The notes below the pieces were generated by a model that saw nothing but the letters and a program-made list of their open reading frames with translations, had not been told where the DNA came from and did no database searches. A program made the translations under genes and the position numbers. Shown in pieces: positions 41,395 through 51,916 of a DNA stretch of 64,000 bases. Within the stretch, counting starts at the first letter, position 1. The number at the start of each line of letters is the position of its first letter. The stretch is from Pseudomonadota bacterium (GTDB taxonomy: Bacteria; Pseudomonadota; Gammaproteobacteria; Burkholderiales; Gallionellaceae). The DNA is taken from positions 64,287-128,286 of the forward strand of contig JAJXVB010000008.1 in assembly GCA_021782365.1 (NCBI GenBank), read 5' to 3'.

Positions 41395-42791
41395 GACACA
41401 AGATCAAGAAGATACATTTCGTGGGCATCGGGGGCTCCGGGATGAACGGCATCGCCGAGGTGCTGTTCAACCTGGGGTTCGGCGTCAGCGGCTCTGACAT
41501 CAGCGACAATGCGGTGACAAGGAGGCTGCGCGAACTCGGCATGATCGTGAACATAGGGCATGACGAGAAAAATATCGACAACGCAGACGTGGTGGTAGTG
41601 TCGACTGCGGTTGCGCAGGACAATCCTGAAGTGCAGGCTGCTCGCGCACGCCGCATTCCGGTCGTCCCCCGCGCGATGATGCTGGCCGAACTGATGCGCC
41701 TGCGCCAGGGGATAGCAGTTGCGGGCACGCACGGCAAGACCACGACGACCTCTCTGACTGCAAGCATACTGGCCAGGGGCGGTTTCGATCCCACCTTCGT
41801 GATAGGCGGGAGGCTCAACAGCAGCGGAACGAACGCGAAGCTCGGCACGGGCGAATACATCGTCGCCGAAGCCGACGAATCGGATGCCTCATTTCTTTAT
41901 CTTCAGCCCATCCTCGCCGTGATCACCAACATCGATGCCGATCACATGGAGACCTACGGGCACGACTTTTCAAGACTCAAGCAGGCATTCGTGGATTTCG
42001 TAGAACACCTTCCGTTTTATGGACGCGCGATGCTTTGTGTGGACGATGCAAATGTCCGCGAGATCCTCTCCAGGATCACGAAGCCCGTGACGACATATGG
42101 ATTCAGCGAAGGCGCGCAGATCAGGGCGGTGAATGTCAGGGCTCAGGGAGGGCAGATGCTGTTCACTGCGCAATGCCGTCAGAACGGCACTCCCAAGGAT
42201 CTGAACATCACGCTGAACCTCGCCGGCAACCACAACGTGCTCAATGCGCTCGCGGCGATCTCGATCGCGCTGGAAATTGGGGTGGCAGATGAGGCGATCA
42301 TCGCAGCGCTCGGCGAATTCGAGGGCGTGGGCAGAAGGTTTCAGCGCTACGGCGAGATCGCCTTGCCTAGCGGCGGGAGCTTCACACTGATCGACGATTA
42401 CGGGCACCATCCGGTTGAGATGGCGGCAACACTTGCAGCGGTGCGCGGCGCATTTCCGGGAAGGCGATTGCTTCTGGCATTCCAGCCGCATCGCTATACC
42501 CGGACGCGCGATCTCTTCGAAGACTTCGTGAAGGTGCTCTGCAGCGTGGATGTGCTGGTTCTGACCGAAGTGTATGCGGCGGGGGAGGCGCCTCTGGTGG
42601 CGGCGGACGGGCGCGCGATGATGCATGCACTGCGCCTTGCAGGGCAGAGCGAAGCGGTTTTCGTCGAGAACATCGCGGACATGCCGGCTATCGTGATGCA
42701 GCAGGCGAGGGATGGCGATGTGGTCCTGAACATGGGGGCGGGTTCCATAGGCAATGTGCCCGCATTGATCAAGCAGATGGCCCAGTCATGA
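41391..42791 (+). CDS. murC: UDP-N-acetylmuramate--L-alanine ligase
   Basis: Starts at ATG 41391, an ATGA overlap with murG. Motifs seen: [10 protein letters not shown] and [10 protein letters not shown]. Confidence 0.95.
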   Translation: MRHKIKKIHFVGIGGSGMNGIAEVLFNLGFGVSGSDISDNAVTRRLRELGMIVNIGHDEKNIDNADVVVVSTAVAQDNPEVQAARARRIPVVPRAMMLAELMRLRQGIAVAGTHGKTTTTSLTASILARGGFDPTFVIGGRLNSSGTNAKLGTGEYIVAEADESDASFLYLQPILAVITNIDADHMETYGHDFSRLKQAFVDFVEHLPFYGRAMLCVDDANVREILSRITKPVTTYGFSEGAQIRAVNVRAQGGQMLFTAQCRQNGTPKDLNITLNLAGNHNVLNALAAISIALEIGVADEAIIAALGEFEGVGRRFQRYGEIALPSGGSFTLIDDYGHHPVEMAATLAAVRGAFPGRRLLLAFQPHRYTRTRDLFEDFVKVLCSVDVLVLTEVYAAGEAPLVAADGRAMMHALRLAGQSEAVFVENIADMPAIVMQQARDGDVVLNMGAGSIGNVPALIKQMAQS

Positions 42792-43774
42792 ACATGAGCG
42801 AACCCGAAAATTTCGCAGCATTGCGAGGAAGCCTGAAGCTCAACGAGCCGATGAGCCGGCATACCAGCTGGCGGGCGGGCGGGGTTGCCGAAAGATGCTA
42901 TCTGCCGGCGGACATCGAAGACCTGTGCGCGTTCTTGAAGGGATTGCCGGTCGATGAGCCGCTGGTCGTCGTGGGCCTGGGCAGCAACCTGCTGGTGAGG
43001 GACGGGGGAATAAGGGGCACCGTCATTCTGATGCACGGCGCCTTGCGCGAATTGCGCATGGAAGAAGACGGACTGATCTATGTTCAGGCGGGTGTTCCGG
43101 GGGCGAAGCTTGCGCGCTTTGCCGCGCTTCACGACAAAAGCGGTGCTGAATTCTTTGCAGGCATTCCGGGAACCGTGGGCGGCATGCTCGCGATGAATGC
43201 CGGATGCTATGGCGGCGAGACGTGGAATTGTGTTGAGAAGGCGGAGATCGTGACGAGACGGGGCGAGATTCTGGTGCGAAAGCCGGAAGAATATGAGATC
43301 GGCTACCGTCATGTCGAAAGAATTGAGGCGCGGGGGGGGAGGAGCGAGCGCGCGTCCCCCACAGGCAAAGTAGAGGACATGTCTTCCCTCGGGCCTCAAT
43401 ACCTTGAGCTGTTTGCCGGTGCATGGCTGAAATTTGCACCGGGTAACGGAGAAGAGGCAAGACGAAAGATCAAGGAGCTGCTTGGCAAACGGATCGCAAG
43501 CCAGCCCCTGAGTCTGCCCAATGCGGGATCGGTTTTCCGCAATCCTCAAAACGACCATGCGGCGAGATTGATCGAGCTTTGCGGACTGAAGGGGAAAAGC
43601 ATAGGCAGCGCCAGGGTGTCTGAAAGGCATGCGAACTTCATCGTCAATGAAGGCGGCGCGAAGGCGAAGGACATAGAGGATCTGATCGGGCTTGTGAAAG
43701 AGACGGTGGAAAGTCAGACGGGGGTGCGGCTGCATCCTGAAGTGAGAATTATCGGTGAGCATGAAAATGAATAA
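42788..43774 (+). CDS. murB: UDP-N-acetylenolpyruvoylglucosamine reductase
   Basis: 328 aa with an FAD-binding PCMH-type N-terminal domain (SWRAGGVAE..., [10 protein letters not shown]) and C-terminal [12 protein letters not shown]. Confidence 0.94.
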   Translation: MNMSEPENFAALRGSLKLNEPMSRHTSWRAGGVAERCYLPADIEDLCAFLKGLPVDEPLVVVGLGSNLLVRDGGIRGTVILMHGALRELRMEEDGLIYVQAGVPGAKLARFAALHDKSGAEFFAGIPGTVGGMLAMNAGCYGGETWNCVEKAEIVTRRGEILVRKPEEYEIGYRHVERIEARGGRSERASPTGKVEDMSSLGPQYLELFAGAWLKFAPGNGEEARRKIKELLGKRIASQPLSLPNAGSVFRNPQNDHAARLIELCGLKGKSIGSARVSERHANFIVNEGGAKAKDIEDLIGLVKETVESQTGVRLHPEVRIIGEHENE

Positions 43775-44687
43775 CCCAGAATCGTTCGGCAAGGTTGCGG
43801 TGCTTTTCGGCGGGCGTTCCGCAGAGCGCGAAGTGTCGCTCAAAAGCGGCGCCGCGGTGCTTGCCGCACTTCAGAGGAGCGGCGTGGATGCGCATGCGTT
43901 CGATCCGGCCACAGAAAACCTGCAGGCATTGAAGGATCGCGGTTTCGATCGCGCCTTCATCGCGCTGCATGGCCGTTTTGGCGAAGACGGAACGGTGCAG
44001 GGTGCACTCGAATTGCTGGGCATACCCTATACCGGAAGCGGCGTGATGGCTTCCGCTCTCGGAATGGACAAGTGGCGCAGCAAACTCGTATGGCAGGCGG
44101 GCGGTTTGCCGATACCCGAATATCTGATGCTGGATGATCAGAGCAAGGATACCGAGGTCGTCGAAAGACTGGGCCTTCCGCTCTTCGTGAAACCGGCGAA
44201 CGAAGGTTCGAGCGTGGGCATCAGCAAGGTGAAGAAAAAGGAAGAATTGCAGGCTGCCTATTTCAATGCGGCAACGCACGACAAGCTCGTGATCGCGGAG
44301 CGCTTCATCTCGGGCGGCGAATACACCGTGGCGATACTGGGAGATCGGGCGCTGCCAGTGATCAAGATAGAGCCTGCCAATGAATTCTACGATTACGAGG
44401 CGAAATATCTGCGCGACGACACGCGCTATCTCTGCCCATGCGGCCTGGATGATGCAGCCGAAAAGGAGATGCAGCGCCTGGCAAAGATCGCATTTTCCCT
44501 GATAGGTGGACAGGGATGGGGCAGGGTGGACTTTTTGATGAGCGAGGATAGGAAGATGTATGTGCTGGAGGCGAACACCTCGCCCGGCATGACAGATCAC
44601 AGCCTGGTGCCGATGGCGGCGCGCCAGGACGGAATCGGATTTGAGGAACTGGTGCTTCGCGTTCTGGAGCTTGCCCATGTGGGATAA
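43761..44687 (+). CDS. ddl: D-alanine--D-alanine ligase
   Basis: Motifs seen: [22 protein letters not shown] and an ATP-grasp domain ([12 protein letters not shown]). Possible starts are GTG 43755, ATG 43761 and ATG 43767. Confidence 0.94.
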   Translation: MKMNNPESFGKVAVLFGGRSAEREVSLKSGAAVLAALQRSGVDAHAFDPATENLQALKDRGFDRAFIALHGRFGEDGTVQGALELLGIPYTGSGVMASALGMDKWRSKLVWQAGGLPIPEYLMLDDQSKDTEVVERLGLPLFVKPANEGSSVGISKVKKKEELQAAYFNAATHDKLVIAERFISGGEYTVAILGDRALPVIKIEPANEFYDYEAKYLRDDTRYLCPCGLDDAAEKEMQRLAKIAFSLIGGQGWGRVDFLMSEDRKMYVLEANTSPGMTDHSLVPMAARQDGIGFEELVLRVLELAHVG

Positions 44688-45381
44688 CGCGCCTCTTTTG
44701 CGCAATCTTGCAAATTTCCTGCTGGGATGCAGCTTCCTTGCGATCGCATACGGGGCTGTGCATTACGCCGTGCATCTGCCTTCGCTCCTGCCGATCAGGA
44801 CCGTGCGTCTGGCGAGTGCGCCTGAGCGCGTAGACCCTGCTGAGGTGTTGGCCGTCGTGAGAAGCGGGGTTCAGGGAAACTTCCTGACGGCTGACATAGA
44901 AAGGCTTAGGCGCTCCTTGCAGGCCATGCCATGGGTGAAAAGCGTGAACATAAGGCGCAAATTTCCGGATGGCCTGGTCCTTCAGATCGAGGAACATCAG
45001 GCGGTGGCGCGCTGGAATGACGATGAACTGGTGGATAAGCAGGGAGAGGTCTTTGCAGCGGAAACGGATCAGCAGTTGCCGAGATTCATCGGCATAGAGG
45101 GAAGCTCTGAAGAGGTGCTGGACGAATACAAGAAATTCAGCGAACAGCTATCCGCATTGAATCTGCAGGTGTCTCAGATATCCCTGTCGGCAAGGCATGC
45201 ATGGCAGCTGCATCTTAGCAACGGCACGGTGTTGGAGCTGGGGCGCGATGCATTGCAGGAGCGGATGGCGAGATTCGTGGCTTACCAGATGAGCGAGGGC
45301 GGCGCTCAGAAGAAGGCCGAAGAGGTGGTTGACATGCGTTACCGGCATGGCTTTGCAGTGAAGTCGACAGGGAAGGCTTAG
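44677..45381 (+). CDS. ftsQ: cell division protein FtsQ
   Basis: Starts at ATG 44677. It has a single TM segment followed by a POTRA-like region ([15 protein letters not shown]...) and lies between ddl and ftsA. Confidence 0.88.
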   Translation: MWDNAPLLRNLANFLLGCSFLAIAYGAVHYAVHLPSLLPIRTVRLASAPERVDPAEVLAVVRSGVQGNFLTADIERLRRSLQAMPWVKSVNIRRKFPDGLVLQIEEHQAVARWNDDELVDKQGEVFAAETDQQLPRFIGIEGSSEEVLDEYKKFSEQLSALNLQVSQISLSARHAWQLHLSNGTVLELGRDALQERMARFVAYQMSEGGAQKKAEEVVDMRYRHGFAVKSTGKA

Positions 45382-45430
45382 GGATGAACGGCGTGAAAGA
45401 CAGCATGCTTTTTGGAATGGAGCATATGCG

Positions 45431-46654
45431 ATGAGCAGAAACAAGGAAACGAAGAATCTGGTGGTCGGTCTCGATATCGGTACGTCCAAGATCGTGGCGA
45501 TCGTGGGCGAGGTAAAGGACGACGGATCGCTTGAAGTCATCGGCATGGGCATGCATGAATCTTCCGGCATGAAGAAGGGCATGGTCGTGAACATTGAGGC
45601 CACAGTGAGCGCGATACAGCGCGCGCTGGAAGAGGCGGAGCTGATGGCTGACTGCAAGATCACGGCGGTTCACACGGGCATCGCGGGGAGCCACATACGC
45701 AGCACCAATTCGCGTGGCATGGTGAAGATCAAGGAAAAGGAAGTGGCTCAGGCCGACATAGACCGCGTTCTCGAGACCGCGAGCTCCATCAGCCTGCCGG
45801 CCGATCAGCAGATACTGCACGTGCTGGAACAGACCTTCAGCATAGACGGGCAGGACGGGATCAAGAAGCCTCTTGGCATGAGCGGGATGAGGCTGGATGT
45901 AGAGGTGCACATCGTGACGGGAGCCGTCGCTGCGGTGCAGAACATCATGAAGTGCATACATCGCTGCGGTCTGGAGGTGAACGAACTGATCCTGCAGCCA
46001 CTGGCATCCAGCCGCGCGGTGCTGGCGGACGACGAGATGGATCTGGGTGTTTGCCTCGTGGACATAGGCGGAGGCACGACCGACATCGCGGTGTTTACCG
46101 GGGGGTCGATACGTCACACCGCGGTGATTCCGATCGCGGGAGACCAGATCACCAACGACATCGCGATGGCCTTGCGCACGCCGACCCAGGATGCGGAAGA
46201 CATCAAGATCAGGCATGGCTGCGCATTGCGCCAGCTTGCCGATGACGGATCTATCGAGGTGCCTGGGGTCGGTGAACGCGGTCCGCGGATGCTGTCCAGG
46301 CAGACGCTATCAGAAGTGATCGAGCCTCGAGTCGAGGAGCTTTACTCTCTGGTGCAGGCGGAGTTGAGGAGGAGCGGATTCGACGATCTTCTGTCATCAG
46401 GGATCGTGATCACCGGAGGAAGCAGCGAAATGCAGGGCATGGTCGAACTCGGAGAGGAGATTTTCCATCTTCCGGTGAGGCTTGGCATACCGAAGTATGT
46501 GGGTGGATTGTCGGAAGTGGTGAAGACGCCGCGCATGGCGACCGGGGTGGGGCTGTTGTTATATGGACTTGAGCATCACAAGAGCAGTGAGGAGACGCGC
46601 AAGCAGTCGAATGCTTTCAAGGATGTGCTGGCAAAAATGAAGTCGTGGTTTTAG
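45431..46654 (+). CDS. ftsA: cell division protein FtsA
   Basis: 407 aa with an actin-like ATPase fold (VGLDIGTSKI, DIGGGTTDIA). Confidence 0.96.
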   Translation: MSRNKETKNLVVGLDIGTSKIVAIVGEVKDDGSLEVIGMGMHESSGMKKGMVVNIEATVSAIQRALEEAELMADCKITAVHTGIAGSHIRSTNSRGMVKIKEKEVAQADIDRVLETASSISLPADQQILHVLEQTFSIDGQDGIKKPLGMSGMRLDVEVHIVTGAVAAVQNIMKCIHRCGLEVNELILQPLASSRAVLADDEMDLGVCLVDIGGGTTDIAVFTGGSIRHTAVIPIAGDQITNDIAMALRTPTQDAEDIKIRHGCALRQLADDGSIEVPGVGERGPRMLSRQTLSEVIEPRVEELYSLVQAELRRSGFDDLLSSGIVITGGSSEMQGMVELGEEIFHLPVRLGIPKYVGGLSEVVKTPRMATGVGLLLYGLEHHKSSEETRKQSNAFKDVLAKMKSWF

Positions 46655-46696
46655 TTGGAAATTCATCGTCAATTTTGGTTAGATAAGGGGGCAAAG

Positions 46697-47860
46697 ATGT
46701 TTGAAATCATGGAAGCGCAATCACAGGATGCGGTCATCAAGGTTATCGGTGTCGGGGGATGCGGGGGCAATGCGGTCGATCACATGATCGAACAGGGCGT
46801 GCAGGGTGTCGAGTTCATCGTCATCAATACGGATGTTCAGGCGTTGAATCGAAGTCGCGCTCGCACTCAGCTGCAGATAGGTGCTGCGATCACCCAGGGT
46901 CTGGGTGCGGGAGCGAAGCCCTCTGTCGGCAAGGCCGCTGCCGAGGAAGACCGCGAGCGCATCAAGGAGCTGATCTCGGGGGCAAACATGGTGTTCATCA
47001 CCGCAGGCATGGGTGGCGGCACGGGGACGGGAGCCGCGCCCATCGTCGCTCAGATCGCGCGCGAGATGAATATCCTGACCGTCGCGGTGGTGACCAAGCC
47101 GTTCATCTACGAAGGAAACCGCATGCGCTATGCGGCAGATGGCATCAAGGCGCTGCACGAGCATGTGGATTCCCTGATCATCGTGCCCAATGCAAAGCTG
47201 ATGGAAGTGCTGGGCAAGGATGTCACGGTGCCCGAGGCATTCAAGGCGGCAAACGGCGTATTGCAGGGCGCGGTTGCGGGAATTGCGGAAGTCATCAATG
47301 TGCCAGGCCTCATCAACGTGGACTTTGCGGACGTGCGCACGGTGATGTCCGAAAACGGCATGGCGATGATGGGCTCTGCGATCGCCTCGGGTCCGGATCG
47401 CGCAAGAACCGCCGCCGAGCGCGCGATCGCAAGTCCCTTGCTTGAAGACATCGACATGACGGGTGCGCGCGGAGTGCTGGTCAACATCACTTCATCGAGC
47501 TCGCTGAAAGTCAGCGAAATGGAAGACGTGATGGCCTGCGTTCAGTTTGCGGCGGAAGAGGCGACCGTGATCCTGGGGTCGGTGTTCGACGAGACCATGG
47601 GAGACGAGCTGCGCGTGACGGTCGTCGCGACCGGATTGGGTGGCCCGCTGGAACGCAAGATGACCAAGCCCGAAGTGGTCTACGTGGACCAGAGCTTCAA
47701 GAAGACCGGAACACATGACGAGCCAGTGGCAGTCAATTACGGCGAGCTCGAGATGCCGACCATCATGCGCACAGGGCGTCGCGCAGCGGTGGATGCGATG
47801 GAAAAATCCGGGATGGATACCTACGACATCCCTTCTTTCCTGCGCAGACAGGCAGACTGA
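46697..47860 (+). CDS. ftsZ: cell division protein FtsZ
   Basis: Starts at ATG 46697. It has the tubulin signature GGGTGTGAAP and the conserved C-terminal peptide DIPSFLRRQAD. Confidence 0.98.
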   Translation: MFEIMEAQSQDAVIKVIGVGGCGGNAVDHMIEQGVQGVEFIVINTDVQALNRSRARTQLQIGAAITQGLGAGAKPSVGKAAAEEDRERIKELISGANMVFITAGMGGGTGTGAAPIVAQIAREMNILTVAVVTKPFIYEGNRMRYAADGIKALHEHVDSLIIVPNAKLMEVLGKDVTVPEAFKAANGVLQGAVAGIAEVINVPGLINVDFADVRTVMSENGMAMMGSAIASGPDRARTAAERAIASPLLEDIDMTGARGVLVNITSSSSLKVSEMEDVMACVQFAAEEATVILGSVFDETMGDELRVTVVATGLGGPLERKMTKPEVVYVDQSFKKTGTHDEPVAVNYGELEMPTIMRTGRRAAVDAMEKSGMDTYDIPSFLRRQAD

Positions 47861-47861
47861 T

Positions 47862-48944
47862 CTAGACCGCTGGCGCGGTATGCACCGCGCCCAGGATGCA
47901 AGGGTGTGCGGCGCCTGTGACCTGTGGCAGGTTTGCGGGGATGCCCAGAAGATTCTGTTTGGCAAGCCATGCGAAGGCGATGGCTTCCAGATAGTCTCCG
48001 TCGATGCCGACTTCGTCCGTGGTCTTGATGATGCGGTTGGGCAGCAGCCTGGAAAGCGCGCGGCGCAAGGCGCTGTTGTGCGCCCCTCCTCCGCAGAGAT
48101 AGACTTCCTGTGCGCCATGTATCGCCTGCGCGATGGCCGTGGCCGTTAACTGAAGCAGGGTGGCCTGGATGTCTTCGGGCGCTTCGGCCTTCTGCAGATG
48201 GCTTTCCAGCCAGCCCATGTTGAAAAGATCACGCCCGCTGCTCTTGGGGGGCGGGAGCATGAAATAGGGCTCGGCAAGCAGTCTTTCGAGAAGCTCAGGC
48301 AGCACCTTGCCGCTTTCCGCCCACGCGCCATCCTTGTCGTATGGCATTTTCATGTGTCTCATGCACCAGGCATCCATCAGCATGTTGCCAGGACCGCAGT
48401 CGTATCCGGTCGCGGGTTCTCCGGGCGCCAGGTCGGTCAGGTTGCTGATGCCGCCTATGTTCACGATGGCGCGGTGTATGTCGGGATGGCGAAATACTCG
48501 GTCGTGGAAGGCAGGGACAAGAGGCGCTCCCTGCCCGCCGGCCGCAACGTCGCGCGAACGGAAGTCGCTGATCACGGTGATGCCGGTCAGTTCGGCAAGC
48601 AACGCGGCATTGCCTATCTGCAGCGTAAATCCCAGCTCGGGTCTGTGGCGTATGGTCTGCCCGTGGCAGCCGATGGCTTTGACCGGCAAATGCGCGTCTT
48701 GTGCGAGCAGAGAGCGAACGGTGCTTGCATAAAGCCTTGCCAGCTGGTTGCCTAATAGCTGAGAGCGGTGCAGTTCGTCATGAGAGGGGTGCTGGAGATC
48801 GAGGATGGAGCGCTTCAATTCTTCTTCATAGGGCATGAAGAACTTGTTCAGGACGATAGGCTGGTCATGCTCGAACTCGACCAGGACGGCGTCTATGCCG
48901 TCCAGGCTGGTTCCCGACATCAGTCCGATGTATCGCTCAGTCAA
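47862..48944 (-). CDS. anmK: anhydro-N-acetylmuramic acid kinase
   Basis: 360 aa with the N-terminal motif GLMSGTSLDGIDA and an ASKHA fold. Confidence 0.94.
   Translation of the reverse strand: MTERYIGLMSGTSLDGIDAVLVEFEHDQPIVLNKFFMPYEEELKRSILDLQHPSHDELHRSQLLGNQLARLYASTVRSLLAQDAHLPVKAIGCHGQTIRHRPELGFTLQIGNAALLAELTGITVISDFRSRDVAAGGQGAPLVPAFHDRVFRHPDIHRAIVNIGGISNLTDLAPGEPATGYDCGPGNMLMDAWCMRHMKMPYDKDGAWAESGKVLPELLERLLAEPYFMLPPPKSSGRDLFNMGWLESHLQKAEAPEDIQATLLQLTATAIAQAIHGAQEVYLCGGGAHNSALRRALSRLLPNRIIKTTDEVGIDGDYLEAIAFAWLAKQNLLGIPANLPQVTGAAHPCILGAVHTAPAV
47872..47891. other. perfect 8-bp GC-rich hairpin (GGCGCGGT-ATGC-ACCGCGCC) just past the ftsZ stop, inside the anmK 3' coding end
   Basis: The inverted repeat reads directly from the sequence. 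No U-run follows on either strand, so it is not a canonical intrinsic terminator. Confidence 0.3.
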
Positions 48945-50235
48945 GTTTTGCGAGATTGGTGTTGCGAAGCTGGTTCAGGCTGGCGATGAACTTGTTGGCC
49001 AGCGCGTTGAATGCGGTGCGGTTGGCAGAACTGATGGGGCGCGCATTGGGGAGGGCTACGCTCATCGGGTCGTGCTGCTGCCCGTTGACGCGGAATTCGT
49101 AGTGCAGGTGCGGGCCGGTCGCAAGTCCGGTCATGCCGACATAGCCGATCACGTCGCCCTGTCTTATCCGCTCACCCTTGTGCAATCCCTTCGCGAAACG
49201 CGAAAGATGGCCATATACCGTGGAAAGATTCCCCTGGTGCTGGAGGATCACGACGTTTCCATAACCGCTCTGGACACCCTTGAAGGCGACCTGTCCGTCA
49301 GCGGTTGCCTTCGCAGGCGTACCCATGGGGGCTGCGAAATCAACTCCCTTGTGCGCGCGCCACTTGTTCAGGATTGGGTGGAAGCGAGCCGTGGTGAAGC
49401 CCGAGCTGATGCGCGAGAATGGGATGGGGGAGCGGAGGAAGGCTTTTCTCAGGCTCTTGCCCTCGGGCGTGTAATAGTCGCTGTGCGTCGCATCGGTCTG
49501 GAAGCGTACGGCGCGGAAAGATTTACCGCGGTTGATGAATTCAGCCGCCTGTATCTGGCCTATCTTGACCAGCGCGCCGTTGCTGTAAGTCGTTTCATAC
49601 ACCACGGTGAATCTGTCGCCGCGTCTCAAATCGTGATGGAAATCGATGTCGCCTTCGAAAATCTCGGTCAGCTGGTTTGCGGCGGCCTCAGGCAGGCCTG
49701 CTGCGTCGGTGGCTGCATAAAGGCTGCTCTTGATTTCGCCTGTCCTGACGAAAAGCCGCTTTTCCAGTTGAGGGGCCGTGGTCTTGGTGGCGAAAGCGTC
49801 CCCCTGCTTTCTGACGACGATCTGATCGCCCTGTTTGTCGAGATAGCTCAAGGACAACAGTGAGCCATTGGCATCGGTTTCCGCCTGAACTTCACGGCCA
49901 ACGGGCAATTTGCGAAAGGCCTGCGCATCCTGGCTGTTGCGCAGGTAGTTGCTTGCGGCGCTATCCTTGATGTTGAGCCTCAGCATCAGCTCCGCAACGG
50001 TGTCGCCTGGTTGCACGCGCTCGGTATGCCAGAAGGTCGCAGCAGCGGTTTCGACAGGAGCGGCCGATGGAAGCGATAACTGTTCGATGGTGATGTTGCC
50101 GCTATTGATGCCAAGACTCGAGGAGGGAACCAGTCCGAATGCGGTCAGAACGCCCAACAAGGGCATGGTGGACATTGCGACAAACCAGCGCAACTTTTTT
50201 TTGCGCTCTTGGTTGAGCATGTTTTGCGTTAACAT
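48937..50235 (-). CDS. M23 family peptidoglycan DD-metalloendopeptidase (MepM-like)
   Basis: 432 aa with an N-terminal TM anchor and M23 motifs HKGVDFAAP and GPHLHYEF. It overlaps anmK by 8 nt. Confidence 0.9.
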   Translation of the reverse strand: MLTQNMLNQERKKKLRWFVAMSTMPLLGVLTAFGLVPSSSLGINSGNITIEQLSLPSAAPVETAAATFWHTERVQPGDTVAELMLRLNIKDSAASNYLRNSQDAQAFRKLPVGREVQAETDANGSLLSLSYLDKQGDQIVVRKQGDAFATKTTAPQLEKRLFVRTGEIKSSLYAATDAAGLPEAAANQLTEIFEGDIDFHHDLRRGDRFTVVYETTYSNGALVKIGQIQAAEFINRGKSFRAVRFQTDATHSDYYTPEGKSLRKAFLRSPIPFSRISSGFTTARFHPILNKWRAHKGVDFAAPMGTPAKATADGQVAFKGVQSGYGNVVILQHQGNLSTVYGHLSRFAKGLHKGERIRQGDVIGYVGMTGLATGPHLHYEFRVNGQQHDPMSVALPNARPISSANRTAFNALANKFIASLNQLRNTNLAKLD

Positions 50236-50358
50236 TATAGGATATCTCCGTGAGCCATGGCTTTTTTAGCGGATTTGGATGCGTACTCTAGCAGAAACCG
50301 TGTATTACATAAAGATTTGGCTGATGATTGGTAAGGAAAAGACTAAGAGGTGGTTTCT

Positions 50359-50393
50359 TTCCCGATGAGCGGTCTGGATTCCCGGATGAGCGG
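50359..50393 (+). repeat. imperfect direct repeat TTCCCG(G)ATGAGCGG x2 in the tyrS / M23-peptidase divergent region
   Basis: Copy 1 is at 50359-50372 and copy 2 at 50379-50393. The period is 20 nt and the copies differ by one G insertion. Confidence 0.6.
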
Positions 50394-50417
50394 CATTTTT
50401 GAACTGGATGAATATAA

Positions 50418-51617
50418 ATGAGTGAAATGAATGAAGCGCTGGAAACGATAAGGCGCGGAGCAGACGAGATATTGGTCGAGGCGGAGCTTAGGCGGAAGCT
50501 GGCATTGGGACGCCCTTTGCGCATCAAGGCGGGTTTTGACCCGACCGCCCCGGATTTGCATCTGGGTCATACCGTTTTGTTGAACAAGATGCGCCAGTTT
50601 CAGGATCTGGGCCATCATGTGCTGTTTTTGATCGGCGATTTCACCGGCATGATAGGCGACCCGACGGGCAAGAACACGACCCGCCCGCCTCTTTCGCGGG
50701 AAGAGGTCTTGCAGAATGCGCAGTCATACCGCGACCAGGTCTTCAGGGTGCTGGACCCTGAAAAGACCGAGATCGCATTCAATTCTGCATGGATGGACAA
50801 GTTCAGCGCGGTTGACCTGATCCGCCTGGCGGCAACGCATACCGTCGCGCAAATGCTGGAGCGCGACGATTTTTCGAAGCGCTACCGGAGCAACCAGCCG
50901 ATCGCGATACATGAATTCATCTACCCGCTGGTTCAGGGCTACGATTCTGTCGCCTTGAAGGCGGATGTCGAGCTGGGAGGCACGGACCAGAAATTCAATC
51001 TGCTGATGGGGCGCGAGCTGCAGCGGCATTTCGGCCAGCCCGCGCAGTGCATATTGACGATGCCGCTTCTTGAGGGGCTGGACGGCGTGAACAAGATGTC
51101 CAAGTCCCTGGGTAACTACGTGGGCATCACGGACAAGCCACAGGACATGTTCGGCAAGATCATGTCGATCTCGGATGAGCTGATGTGGCGTTATCTCAAC
51201 CTGCTGTCATTCAGGCCCATCGGCGAGATTGCAAAATGGCGATCGGAAGTGGATCAAGGGCGCAATCCTCGGGACATCAAGGTGCTGCTGGCAAAGGAGA
51301 TCGTCGCCCGCTTCCATACGCAAGGAGATGCCGATCTGGCCCTTGAGGAATTCGAGGCGCGCTTTCGCCGCGGCGCATTGCCCGACGACATGCCCGAGGT
51401 CTCCGTGCAGGCGGTCAATGGCAGCATATCGGTTCCGCATTTGCTGAAATCGGCGAATCTGGTCGACAGCACGTCTGATGCGATCCGCATGATCAAGCAG
51501 GATGCGGTTAAACTCGACGGGGAGCGCGTGAGCGACAAGGACCTTTCGGTTCGGGCGGGAAGCGTGGTGGTCGCGCAGGTCGGCAAGCGCAGATTTGCAA
51601 GAATCACGGTGATCTGA
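50418..51617 (+). CDS. tyrS: tyrosine--tRNA ligase (type 2, TyrZ-like)
   Basis: 399 aa with the HIGH motif (DLHLGH), KMSKS (NKMSKSLGN) and a C-terminal S4 domain. Confidence 0.96.
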   Translation: MSEMNEALETIRRGADEILVEAELRRKLALGRPLRIKAGFDPTAPDLHLGHTVLLNKMRQFQDLGHHVLFLIGDFTGMIGDPTGKNTTRPPLSREEVLQNAQSYRDQVFRVLDPEKTEIAFNSAWMDKFSAVDLIRLAATHTVAQMLERDDFSKRYRSNQPIAIHEFIYPLVQGYDSVALKADVELGGTDQKFNLLMGRELQRHFGQPAQCILTMPLLEGLDGVNKMSKSLGNYVGITDKPQDMFGKIMSISDELMWRYLNLLSFRPIGEIAKWRSEVDQGRNPRDIKVLLAKEIVARFHTQGDADLALEEFEARFRRGALPDDMPEVSVQAVNGSISVPHLLKSANLVDSTSDAIRMIKQDAVKLDGERVSDKDLSVRAGSVVVAQVGKRRFARITVI

Positions 51618-51626
51618 AAATATAGG

Positions 51627-51655
51627 TTGTGGTGTGCAAATGCATTTGCTAGAAT
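51627..51655 (+). promoter_or_regulatory. candidate rpsU operon promoter with a 14-bp palindrome in the spacer
   Basis: TTGTGG (51627-51632), a 17-nt spacer, then TAGAAT (51650-51655). The spacer contains the perfect palindrome GCAAATGCATTTGC (51636-51649). Confidence 0.5.
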
Positions 51656-51686
51656 CGCGCCCTCAATTTTTTGGTAGAGTTCGTAG

Positions 51687-51899
51687 ATGACAACTGTACG
51701 TGTTAAAGAGAATGAACCCTTCGAAGTTGCTATGCGCCGCTTCAAGCGTTCCGTTGAAAAGACAGGTCTGCTGACCGATTTGCGCGCTCGCGAATTTTAC
51801 GAGAAGCCAACTGCCGAGCGTAAGCGCAAGCTTGCCGCAGCGGTCAAGCGCCACTACAAGCGTCTGCGCAGCCAGACCCTGCCACCCAAGCTTTACTGA
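51687..51899 (+). CDS. rpsU: 30S ribosomal protein S21
   Basis: 70 aa: [29 protein letters not shown]... Confidence 0.98.
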   Translation: MTTVRVKENEPFEVAMRRFKRSVEKTGLLTDLRAREFYEKPTAERKRKLAAAVKRHYKRLRSQTLPPKLY

Positions 51900-51916
51900 T
51901 CCGGCCTTGCGGGCGC

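Noticed and set aside
50236-50417. T-box riboswitch or attenuator upstream of tyrS.
   Set aside because: The conserved T-box sequence (AGGGTGGNACCGCG-like) and a specifier-loop architecture are absent, and the leader is shorter than typical T-box leaders. T-boxes are also essentially a Gram-positive feature, and the gene context here is proteobacterial.
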